This document shows positions 1 to 7,088 of a stretch of 41,993 nucleotides of DNA, piece after piece. Below the pieces are notes generated by a model, which saw only the letters and a list, made by a program, of their open reading frames with translations, had not been told where the DNA came from and ran no database searches. Source of the stretch: an uncultured Gammaproteobacteria bacterium (lineage in GTDB: Bacteria; Patescibacteriota; Patescibacteriia; UBA9934; GWF2-40-263); the NCBI GenBank assembly GCA_964355525.1, contig CAYHDY010000004.1, positions 1 through 41,993 on the forward strand, read 5' to 3'. How positions within the stretch are numbered: the first letter of the stretch is position 1; every line of letters begins with the position of its first letter. The position numbers and the translations under genes were made by a program.

Positions 1-1178
1 TTTGTCGAACCGCCCGCGAGCAAAATAATGTTTCCGCCGTTTCCAAATCGTTTCAATGCGGCAAGTGTTCCTTCCGGGCTCGTCGCTGTCGTATCGTTCA
101 CATACATAACTCCTTCGACTTCCCCGACAACTTGCTGACGACCGGGGAGTCCTGCGAAGGTTTTCAGTGTCTCTCGAATATCTTCATCACTCGCGCCGAT
201 CAAGTGCGCGGCGAGCGAAGCGGCGAGCACATTCGAAATGTTATGTTCACCAACAAGAGCGACATCCGAAACGTTTGCGAATGTCACGGGTTTTCCATCG
301 ACGCGATAATTCAACGTGTCCCCGTCGCGATATGCCCCGAGTTTATCATTAGAAAGCGGATTGCTCGAAAACCAATGTACGCGTTTCGATGTGGTGCGCG
401 AAACAATTTCTTGCGTGATCTCCTGATCTGCATTTACGATGGCAATTTGTTCCGGCGTTTGAATTTTAAAAATAATTTCCTTCGCGGCGATGTATGCCTC
501 GTACGATGCGTAACGATCCAAGTGATCTTGATACGCGTTCGTCAAAATGGCGATGTCCGGACCTTTGCCGAGATCTTCAATACTCTCAAGAAGCCACGAA
601 GACAACTCAAGAACAATTGGCACAGGAGATTTTTCTTCGAGCAACCAATCAAGATCCTCAAGCGGTGAACGGGTAATGTTCCCGGCGATCACAGTTTTTG
701 GATGCACGCGACGCAAAATCTCACCAAGTAAAGCCGTCGTGGTCGATTTTCCACGCGTGCCGGTAATCGAATAAATCGGAAACGGACAGTAACGAAAGAA
801 CAGCGAAATATCGCTCTCGACGTGAATCCCTTCTTTTTTTGCGAGTTGAACAAACTCGGACTCGCGCGCAACACCCGGATTTTGCATCACAAGATCCACG
901 TTCGTAAAATCATCCTCATGATGTTCTCCGAGAACGAACACAGGCGCGTAGACATCGCGCGTTGGGTGTGAATTTTTATATTCCGTGTACCACTTCATGA
1001 TTTCTTCCACGGATTCTTTCAATTCCGTTTCCGATTTCAAATCTGTAATCACGATTTGTGCACCGTGACGCATAAGCCACTTGGCCGCGCCAACACCGCT
1101 TCCTTGTTTAAATCGTCCAAGACCCATCACGGTTACCATGGCGTCTTGGAAATTTTCGATTTTTGAGAGATCTAACAT
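1..1178 (-). CDS. murD: UDP-N-acetylmuramoylalanine--D-glutamate ligase (MurD); 3' end runs off the window
   Basis: Own translation of the minus strand from ATG (complement of 1176-1178): MLDLSKIENFQDAMVTVMGLGRFKQGSGVGAAKWLMRHGAQIVITD...ITGTRGKSTTTALLGEIL...NDTTATSPEGTLAAL...LLAGGSTK. It has a Rossmann-like N-domain and the Mur-ligase P-loop. It is absent from the ORF track because no stop lies inside the window. Confidence 0.8.
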   Translation of the reverse strand, partial: MLDLSKIENFQDAMVTVMGLGRFKQGSGVGAAKWLMRHGAQIVITDLKSETELKESVEEIMKWYTEYKNSHPTRDVYAPVFVLGEHHEDDFTNVDLVMQNPGVARESEFVQLAKKEGIHVESDISLFFRYCPFPIYSITGTRGKSTTTALLGEILRRVHPKTVIAGNITRSPLEDLDWLLEEKSPVPIVLELSSWLLESIEDLGKGPDIAILTNAYQDHLDRYASYEAYIAAKEIIFKIQTPEQIAIVNADQEITQEIVSRTTSKRVHWFSSNPLSNDKLGAYRDGDTLNYRVDGKPVTFANVSDVALVGEHNISNVLAASLAAHLIGASDEDIRETLKTFAGLPGRQQVVGEVEGVMYVNDTTATSPEGTLAALKRFGNGGNIILLAGGST

Positions 1179-1187
1179 AAAAAATAA

Positions 1188-1835
1188 CTATTTCACAAAT
1201 CGAACGATGAACATCGCGCGAACAATCTGTATAAACATGCGCAGATATTGTACCACAGCTTTTACAATCCCAACCTTTTGATATTTTCTTCGAATCGACA
1301 ATCCGCGAAGATCAACGGTTTTTAATCGGCCGCCGAGCAATCGGCAAGAATGATTCAAGGCAATCTCCACTTGAAATCCATTCATCAATTTTGAAGGGAC
1401 CGCTTCGAAAATCTCGCGTCTCATCGCTCGTTCTCCGCTGATGCGCGGAAATAAATGTGCAATCGCCGTGAAAAATCTTCCCCGATCTCGCATCCCGACA
1501 TTCATTCCGCACTCGCCGCGAAGAACGGGTTCGACAAGTTGTTCGATGTGCTTCGAAGTGAATCCGATTAAATCTGCATCGAGAAATAAAATAATATCTG
1601 CGTCGGTCTTTCCGAAACCGTACAACATCGCCTGACTTTTTCCTCGATTCGGGCGAAGTTCAAAAACCATTGCGCCGGCTTCTCGCGAAACTTCTGCCGT
1701 ACGGTCGATTGAACCGTCCGAGATAACAATGACCTCGCGAATCAACGATGATCCGCAAGCGATTTTCACAACGTTCGCAATCGTTTGTTCTTCATTGTAC
1801 GCGGGAATAATGGCGGTGACAGAAGACATATTCAA
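1188..1835 (-). CDS. family 2 glycosyltransferase
   Basis: 215-aa ORF. The N-terminus AIIPAYNEE...VIVISDGSIDRT...FLDADL is a typical GT-A/GT2 DxD fold signature. Its start overlaps the upstream stop by ATGA. Confidence 0.7.
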   Translation of the reverse strand: MNMSSVTAIIPAYNEEQTIANVVKIACGSSLIREVIVISDGSIDRTAEVSREAGAMVFELRPNRGKSQAMLYGFGKTDADIILFLDADLIGFTSKHIEQLVEPVLRGECGMNVGMRDRGRFFTAIAHLFPRISGERAMRREIFEAVPSKLMNGFQVEIALNHSCRLLGGRLKTVDLRGLSIRRKYQKVGIVKAVVQYLRMFIQIVRAMFIVRFVK

Positions 1836-2521
1836 ATGGATCCGGGAATAAATCCTTGGCGACGCCGCTTCATGCGCGTATATGTTTCTTTTAAAATATG
1901 TTTCATCTGAAAACCGATTTTCACATAGGTCTCAAACAAAGAAGGATCGCATGCGGAAATGATCGACATAGATTCAAGAACACGCTCGAGATATAAAATC
2001 GCAAGTCGACATTCCTTTTCCGCGATTTCATGCGCGAGAGGTTCCTCATTTCCCTCTTCTTCGATCACGACCGACAATTTGATGGGAATCAATTTAACAT
2101 TGAGGTAGATGCGAAACGCCGGTTCCCGAAAGACGCCCTGTTTTTTATAAAGCTCGTCAGCAATCTCAGAAACTTCCGTCGCCCACAGAAACACATGTTC
2201 ATAAAATGGCGGGCGTTTTGTTTCTTGAAAAAGCTCATCTGTTAAAACAATCCCCTCATTGAAATCTTCATTCGTTTCACGCATCGGCGACCGAATCAAT
2301 AAAAGTGGATTCGTATTTTGAGAGAATTCCGCCTCCGCTTGTTCTTCCGTTTCGATCTGTTCTTGAATCAACCCCTGTTCCATCGTGAGAAGGAACGGAT
2401 CAGACGCGTCATCATTACAACCCTCTTGTCCGTACACACGATAAATTTCATCGACATCCTCTTCAAGAAGATCGACTTCGTTTCGATGAAACATCCATGG
2501 ATGATCTGGATCGTGTGGCAC
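1832..2521 (-). CDS. hypothetical acidic protein
   Basis: 229-aa ORF, tightly packed between neighbouring minus-strand genes. No recognisable motif. Confidence 0.5.
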   Translation of the reverse strand: MPHDPDHPWMFHRNEVDLLEEDVDEIYRVYGQEGCNDDASDPFLLTMEQGLIQEQIETEEQAEAEFSQNTNPLLLIRSPMRETNEDFNEGIVLTDELFQETKRPPFYEHVFLWATEVSEIADELYKKQGVFREPAFRIYLNVKLIPIKLSVVIEEEGNEEPLAHEIAEKECRLAILYLERVLESMSIISACDPSLFETYVKIGFQMKHILKETYTRMKRRRQGFIPGSI

Positions 2522-2526
2522 ATGTT

Positions 2527-3141
2527 TTATTTATTGCGCAATGCAAGTTCGTACATCATCTCTTCGAGTGAACGCAGGTTCTTTTTTGCTTGATCAAATT
2601 TTGTACGCAAGTAACCAGTGAGATCGAGATCGAGCATGAACTCGATAATCATCGCGACTATCTCGCGCGCGCGAGCAGCTTCTTTCACATTTCCCGCTGT
2701 CACTTCTTTCATCGCATAGCGAACAACCTCTCCCGTGCAATCTGAAAGTCCGCCGAGATAGATGGCCGGTTCCATGGCGCGATCGGAAATTTTATCAATG
2801 GATTCGTTTTGGGTGTAGAGCAAAAACAATTGCGCTTCCGCATATTCCTCGAGAGCGGCACGAAATGATCCTTCTTCTTTGAGCGATACATTCACCTTGA
2901 ATAATTTTTCGCATTGCAAAAATAATGCATCCGCCTCCTGCATCAATGCGACAGCTGATTTCAAATCATCGCGATGCAAAGCAAAAATCACGCGTTTTGA
3001 TTTACTCAACGCTTCATTTGATTTTGACATCACAGTACGGCGATCCGCTTCCCGAGACTGATACTGTTTCTTGATGCTCGCAAAAATAGTTGGATTTTTC
3101 ATAGATGAACCTATCATAGGCACTTTTTCCTCTTTTCGCAA
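2527..3141 (-). CDS. translin-family protein
   Basis: The C-terminal half IYLGGLSDCTGEVVRYAMKEVTAGN...LRTKFDQAKKNLRSLEEMMYELALR lines up with the translin signature (YLxGxxDxTGExxR...VTAG...LRxxxDxxKxxxxxxEExxYxL). Confidence 0.7.
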   Translation of the reverse strand: MRKEEKVPMIGSSMKNPTIFASIKKQYQSREADRRTVMSKSNEALSKSKRVIFALHRDDLKSAVALMQEADALFLQCEKLFKVNVSLKEEGSFRAALEEYAEAQLFLLYTQNESIDKISDRAMEPAIYLGGLSDCTGEVVRYAMKEVTAGNVKEAARAREIVAMIIEFMLDLDLTGYLRTKFDQAKKNLRSLEEMMYELALRNK

Positions 3142-3164
3142 CGAGATGATAAACTAATAACATT

Positions 3165-4232
3165 ATGAATTCTTTTTTGAAATCTCTTTTTATCCTCACA
3201 GGTATCTTGATCTCTTCGAACCCATCAATCGTGTTTGCGGCAACGGACCCATCTGCCGTGTGGGATCACGGATTATTTCATGTAACAAGATACACCCTCG
3301 ATGCACCGATTCAATCACTCGGAATCGTCGGCGGACATCTTCTCGCAACCACAGCTCCGGATCAACATTTTTGGTACACCGATAATGAATTCATCCCCGT
3401 CCGCGGAACGGATCCAGCAAAGGCTCTCGGATATCCGATACGGACTCCATCAGAAACGCTCTTATCCGTTCCAGAAAAATCTCCGTGCAGTGTATTCAAA
3501 GACGCTGTTTCCGGCGTTTCTGTCACAGACACGCAAACGCTCTGTCTTCGATCAACCCCGGGTGGAGATTTTACGCTGGATCTGTCGCCGGTGATTGCAG
3601 GAACGAAGAAAGCACTATCCGTTGGATTCGGGAAACAACCTGTTTTGGAAAAAACAAAGCTCACATGGATCGGATACGATGGAAATCTATACATGGCGTT
3701 TTTACACCCAAGTTATTTCCAGTCGTCCGTATCCGCAATGAAAACGAAAACGAACCCGGCCGTTTTTCTCTTGCGAAACGGAGTAAAGTTTTCCATTCCA
3801 AACGAACACACATACTATTCCTGGTTTGATTCCTTCAAAACCGTCTCTCTATTCGATGCGAAAAAAGTGGCTTCTTATCCGTTCATGGGGAATGTTTCCT
3901 ATCGAGCAAACACACTTGTAAAATTTAAAGATGATTCAACGGTTTACGTGTATCAACCCGTGAATGATCCGTACGTTACATTTGGAAAAGACGTTAAAAT
4001 CATCGAGGAGAAAAAAGACCGATGGATCGTTCAAACCGTCAAAACCAAAACACCCGTCGAATTTCTAAAACGTCCGGAACTTCTCCGACCGATCGCCGCA
4101 GAATCCGTTGCCGCGGATTTGTACGGACCAGATTGGACAAAGCGAATTATCGAACTGGATTCGAATCAACAATCGCAATTTGCAACCACGGAAAAATCGT
4201 TTAACGTATTAACAGATTTGATCGTCGAATAA
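3165..4232 (+). CDS. secreted hypothetical protein
   Basis: 355-aa ORF with the signal-peptide-like N-terminus MNSFLKSLFILTGILISSNPSIVFA. No known motif. Confidence 0.6.
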   Translation: MNSFLKSLFILTGILISSNPSIVFAATDPSAVWDHGLFHVTRYTLDAPIQSLGIVGGHLLATTAPDQHFWYTDNEFIPVRGTDPAKALGYPIRTPSETLLSVPEKSPCSVFKDAVSGVSVTDTQTLCLRSTPGGDFTLDLSPVIAGTKKALSVGFGKQPVLEKTKLTWIGYDGNLYMAFLHPSYFQSSVSAMKTKTNPAVFLLRNGVKFSIPNEHTYYSWFDSFKTVSLFDAKKVASYPFMGNVSYRANTLVKFKDDSTVYVYQPVNDPYVTFGKDVKIIEEKKDRWIVQTVKTKTPVEFLKRPELLRPIAAESVAADLYGPDWTKRIIELDSNQQSQFATTEKSFNVLTDLIVE

Positions 4233-4269
4233 AAAATCGATACGGTGTGTTTCGATACCGCAGATTCCT

Positions 4270-5238
4270 ATGTCACGCTCGTTTCAAACAACTCCCGTCT
4301 TTGACACCTACTGGCGATTCGCATTTGAACGTCAGGAAATTTTCTTTCGACGGTTGCGGGGCGATGTTGCTCCATGGACGTCAGATTCGATTTTGCGCGA
4401 ACATAAATTTACGAATGTGTATCGCTCCACGGATCGCGTCAGTCAATTTCTGATTCGCGATGTGATTTACGATTCGAAGTATTCGCAAGCGAACGACGAA
4501 GTGATGTTTCGCATTTTGCTTTTCAAATTTTTCAACAAGATTGAAACGTGGAAGTCTATTGTCGACGCAATCGGTGCGCCGACGTGGTGCGATTTCGATT
4601 TCGAAACATATGCGAAGATTCTCGATCGGCTCATGGTTGAGAATCAGCGCATCTACTCCGCCGCATACATCATGCCGCCCGCGTTTCGAAACGAACCGCG
4701 AAAACATCGCACACATTTGCGACTTCTCGAAATGATGATGCGGGATCATCTCACGAACAAACTCGAACAAACACCTTCGATGAAACACGCGTTCGAACTC
4801 CTTCGAAGCTACTCCGGCATCGGTGATTTTTTGGCGTACCAATTCGCGATCGACATCAATTACAGCAACGTGACGAATTTTTCCGAAAATGATTTTACGA
4901 TTGCCGGTCCGGGAGCGCGTGATGGCATTCGAAAATGTTTCACAGATCTCGCCGGACGAAGTGAAACGGACGTGATTCACTTCATGATCGAAACCCAAGA
5001 CGAACAATTCGCCCGACTCAAACTTCCGTTCCAAAATTTATTCAGCCGTCCGTTACACCTCATCGACGCACAAAATATTTTCTGCGAAGTCAGTAAGTAT
5101 TCGCGAGTCGCGCATCCCGACGTCGCGGGAATTTCGAATCGAACAAGAATCAAACAAACGTTTCACTCAAACGGTACGATCGAACCGTTATTTTTTCCAC
5201 CGAAATGGAACATCGAATCAATTGCCACTACGGCATAA
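4270..5238 (+). CDS. putative DNA base hypermodification protein (alpha-glutamyl/putrescinyl thymine pyrophosphorylase clade-1-like)
   Basis: 322-aa ORF. The N-terminal pattern YWRFAFERQEIFFRRLRGDVAPWTSDSILREHKFTNVYRSTDRVSQFLI matches my memory of the aGPT-Pplase1 family. That family is often annotated as nucleotide kinase domain-containing or putative DNA base hypermodification protein. The function call is from recall, not from a search. Confidence 0.45.
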   Translation: MSRSFQTTPVFDTYWRFAFERQEIFFRRLRGDVAPWTSDSILREHKFTNVYRSTDRVSQFLIRDVIYDSKYSQANDEVMFRILLFKFFNKIETWKSIVDAIGAPTWCDFDFETYAKILDRLMVENQRIYSAAYIMPPAFRNEPRKHRTHLRLLEMMMRDHLTNKLEQTPSMKHAFELLRSYSGIGDFLAYQFAIDINYSNVTNFSENDFTIAGPGARDGIRKCFTDLAGRSETDVIHFMIETQDEQFARLKLPFQNLFSRPLHLIDAQNIFCEVSKYSRVAHPDVAGISNRTRIKQTFHSNGTIEPLFFPPKWNIESIATTA

Positions 5239-5293
5239 TTATGACAAACTGATCGCGACTCATCGTTCTTTCTCCACCCCCGCGAGGTTTTCC

Positions 5294-5587
5294 ATGACCC
5301 AGCCGCCATCCGCGTCGACACCCGAACATTCCACGCCATCGCACGCCGACTTCGAAATGGAACAGCGCTTGCAATGTGACTATCTTCTGTCGCTTCTGTC
5401 GATCGATGAAATCCTCTGGCTCACCGACCCGGCCGCAACCGAACTTCTCGCATCCACGCCACCGCTCGACCGCCGTGCGGAAATCAAAGCGATCGTGATC
5501 GCGCTCTACACTATTCAGACCATGCACGGCCCCGGCCGCGTCCGTCTGTTCGAGGAAGCCCGTCTCGAGATCTTCAAGAAGAACTGA
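5294..5587 (+). CDS. hypothetical protein (GC-richer small ORF)
   Basis: Internal ATG of track ORF 5222-5587, preceded by GAGG. It is followed by a hairpin plus T-run. Confidence 0.4.
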   Translation: MTQPPSASTPEHSTPSHADFEMEQRLQCDYLLSLLSIDEILWLTDPAATELLASTPPLDRRAEIKAIVIALYTIQTMHGPGRVRLFEEARLEIFKKN

Positions 5588-5600
5588 TTCCGATCCTCTG

Positions 5601-5628
5601 CCGTTCATCGATCCGATGACGGTTTTTT
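5601..5628 (+). terminator. intrinsic terminator
   Basis: CCGTTCATCG-ATC-CGATGACGG (one bulge) followed by TTTTTT. Confidence 0.5.
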
Positions 5629-5701
5629 CTTTTCGGATGTTCTGTTTTGACACCTCTCTTTCAAGGTGATACACTTGAGATACACTTAATTGATTGTCTT
5701 T

Positions 5702-5923
5702 ATGCCAACAACAAAATATCGCATCAATGTCAGCATGCCAGCGGATGTGGAAAAACATCTGATCTCACTTGCGAAACGCGATGCCGTTCCCTGCGCCACA
5801 AAAGCCCTTGAGCTTATCAAACTCGCAATGGAAATAGAAGGAGATGCTGTTTGGAACAAACTCGCAGCAACACGCGACACAAAAAATGCCAAATTCGTTT
5901 CTCATAAAAATGCATGGAAGTGA
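5702..5923 (+). CDS. type II antitoxin (RHH/RelB-like)
   Basis: Small ORF MPTTKYRINVSMPADVEKHLISLAKRD... whose stop overlaps the start of a RelE-like gene. Confidence 0.6.
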   Translation: MPTTKYRINVSMPADVEKHLISLAKRDAVPCATKALELIKLAMEIEGDAVWNKLAATRDTKNAKFVSHKNAWK

Positions 5924-6195
5924 ATTTTGAAATCCACTATCATGATCACGTTGTCAAAGAAGACATTCCGAAACTGTCTTCTCTTTTAAAACAACAAATA
6001 AAAACCGCGATCGAACAAAAACTTACGAACCACCCGGAACTTTTTGGAAAACCACTTAGACAATCCTTAAACGGATATCGCAAACTCCGTGTCGGCGATT
6101 ATCGGATCATCTTCCGCATCGAAAAGAAAAACGTAAAAATTTTCATGATCGAACACAGATCTGTCGTTTACAAAATTCTCGAAAAACGATTATAG
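5914..6195 (+). CDS. relE: RelE/ParE-family type II toxin
   Basis: 93 aa. The segment LTNHPELFGKPLRQSLNGYRKLRVGDYRIIFRIEKKNVKIFMIEHRSVVY is the classic RelE/StbE pattern. Confidence 0.75.
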   Translation: MEVNFEIHYHDHVVKEDIPKLSSLLKQQIKTAIEQKLTNHPELFGKPLRQSLNGYRKLRVGDYRIIFRIEKKNVKIFMIEHRSVVYKILEKRL

Positions 6196-6253
6196 CGGCG
6201 AGGCTTGCAAGAATTTTCGCAACCTGATATATTTTCGCTCGTTAGACGCATAT

Positions 6254-6288
6254 GCGCTGGTAGCTCAGTGGTAGAGCAGGGGCCTTTT
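6254..6288 (+). pseudogene. orphan 5' half of tRNA-Lys (35 nt identical to 6579-6613)
   Basis: GCGCTGGTAGCTCAGTGGTAGAGCAGGGGCCTTTT is identical to the intact tRNA up to anticodon position 36, then diverges. Confidence 0.8.
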
Positions 6289-6289
6289 T

Positions 6290-6317
6290 CCGCCAGAGGC
6301 GGATCCGCCTCTGGCGG
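6290..6317. repeat. 28-nt perfect palindrome
   Basis: CCGCCAGAGGCGGATCCGCCTCTGGCGG sits immediately after the orphan tRNA half and upstream of the GIY-YIG ORF. Confidence 0.9.
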
Positions 6318-6331
6318 AAAGCGGACTCAAT

Positions 6332-6574
6332 ATGTATTACGTGTATATTCTTTTAAGCGAATCACATCAAACAAGATATATCGGGTCTTGTAAGGATATC
6401 GAAATTCGTTTACAAGAACATAATGCAGGCATGAGTCGTTACACGTCTGGTCGTAAACCATGGAAGATTATTTATACAGAATCGTTTCAAACACGTACGG
6501 AAGCAATAAAACGAGAAAAATTTCTCAAATCTGGACAAGGAAGAAAATGGCTGGATGAAAACAGACATAAATAA
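6332..6574 (+). CDS. GIY-YIG nuclease family protein
   Basis: 80 aa. MYYVYILLSESHQTRYIGSCKDIEIRLQEHNAG...TRTEAIKREKFLK contains the GIY-(x)-YIG, R, E and N hallmarks. Confidence 0.8.
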   Translation: MYYVYILLSESHQTRYIGSCKDIEIRLQEHNAGMSRYTSGRKPWKIIYTESFQTRTEAIKREKFLKSGQGRKWLDENRHK

Positions 6575-6578
6575 ACAT

Positions 6579-6653
6579 GCGCTGGTAGCTCAGTGGTAGA
6601 GCAGGGGCCTTTTAAGCCCAAGGTCGCGGGTCCGATCCCCGCCCGGCGCACCA
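6579..6653 (+). tRNA. tRNA-Lys (anticodon TTT), CCA encoded
   Basis: Hand-folded cloverleaf:
- Acceptor GCGCTGG/CCGGCGC.
- D arm GCTC-AGTGGTA-GAGC.
- Anticodon arm GGGGC-CTTTTAA-GCCCA, with one G:A mismatch at 27:43.
- Variable loop AGGTC.
- T arm GCGGG-TCCGATC-CCCGC.
- Discriminator A plus CCA.
The T-loop reads TCC instead of the canonical TTC. Confidence 0.85.
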
Positions 6654-6659
6654 AAAAAA

Positions 6660-6683
6660 CATCAACTCTGTTGGTGTTTTTTT
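6660..6683 (+). terminator. intrinsic terminator after tRNA-Lys
   Basis: CATCAAC-TCT-GTTGGTG followed by TTTTTTT. Confidence 0.6.
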
Positions 6684-6698
6684 AATTACTATTGTGAA

Positions 6699-6804
6699 GG
6701 GTCCGATGCGTGAGAGAAGAGAGTGGTAAAACCAAAAGGCACTTTGGTTTTACCCGAACGATCGAACGCAATATTGCGAAGCAATATCCCCGCCCGGCGC
6801 ACCA
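6699..6804 (+). pseudogene. tRNA-Lys 3' fragment split by a 78-nt insert in the T-loop
   Basis: GGGTCCGAT (6699-6707) and ATCCCCGCCCGGCGCACCA (6786-6804) both match the tRNA T-arm, acceptor and CCA. The insert carries a perfect 12-bp hairpin (GGTAAAACCAAA-AGGCAC-TTTGGTTTTACC) and the palindrome CGCAATATTGCG. Confidence 0.65.
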
Positions 6805-6810
6805 CAAAAA

Positions 6811-6838
6811 ACATCGAACAAATAGTTCGATGTTTTTT
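6811..6838 (+). terminator. intrinsic terminator after the tRNA 3' fragment
   Basis: ACATCGAAC-AAATA-GTTCGATGT followed by TTTTT. It resembles the terminator at 6660-6683. Confidence 0.6.
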
Positions 6839-6908
6839 GTTGTAAACACTTGCACCATCTGCGATCCTCTGATAAAATTTTTTTACTCATTTTCTAATTT
6901 GATATTTT

Positions 6909-7055
6909 ATGGAAGAGACAGGAATTTGCGGCGTTTGCGGCGCGGACAACGTCGCCATCAACAGCGATGAAAAGTGTGAAGACTGTGCAGATGTGGAAGA
7001 GGACAACGGAGACGACCTCGGCGTTCCGGAAGGAATGATTGATGAAGAGACATAA
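6909..7055 (+). CDS. small acidic Cys-rich (zinc-ribbon-like) protein, 48 aa
   Basis: Own translation: MEETGICGVCGADNVAINSDEKCEDCADVEEDNGDDLGVPEGMIDEET. It has CxxC...CxxC, is below the track length cutoff, and is followed by a hairpin terminator. Confidence 0.4.
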   Translation: MEETGICGVCGADNVAINSDEKCEDCADVEEDNGDDLGVPEGMIDEET

Positions 7056-7088
7056 AAAAACAGCACGCGTCATCGCGTGCTGTTTTTT
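7053..7088. terminator. bidirectional hairpin terminator
   Basis: A-run, ACAGCACGCG-TCAT-CGCGTGCTGT, T-run. It lies between the convergent small ORF and the murG stop. Confidence 0.6.

Noticed and set aside
132-874. Track ORFs 132-668, 167-352, 494-676 and 547-774 (plus strand) and 689-874 (minus strand).
   Set aside because: All lie antisense to, or out of frame with, the continuous MurD reading frame. That frame has clear Mur-ligase motifs and runs off the window edge.
6254-6653. A group I intron (with a GIY-YIG homing endonuclease) interrupting tRNA-Lys in the anticodon loop.
   Set aside because: The downstream copy is a complete, uninterrupted tRNA including its own 5' half. The upstream piece is therefore a duplicated fragment, not a 5' exon. 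The intervening 290 nt is mostly ORF, with no obvious group I core.
6710-6970. Track ORF of 86 aa, plus strand.
   Set aside because: It reads through the tRNA 3' fragment and a terminator hairpin. Its product is basic and low-complexity. The shorter in-frame-independent 48-aa Cys-rich ORF at 6909-7055 is more plausible.
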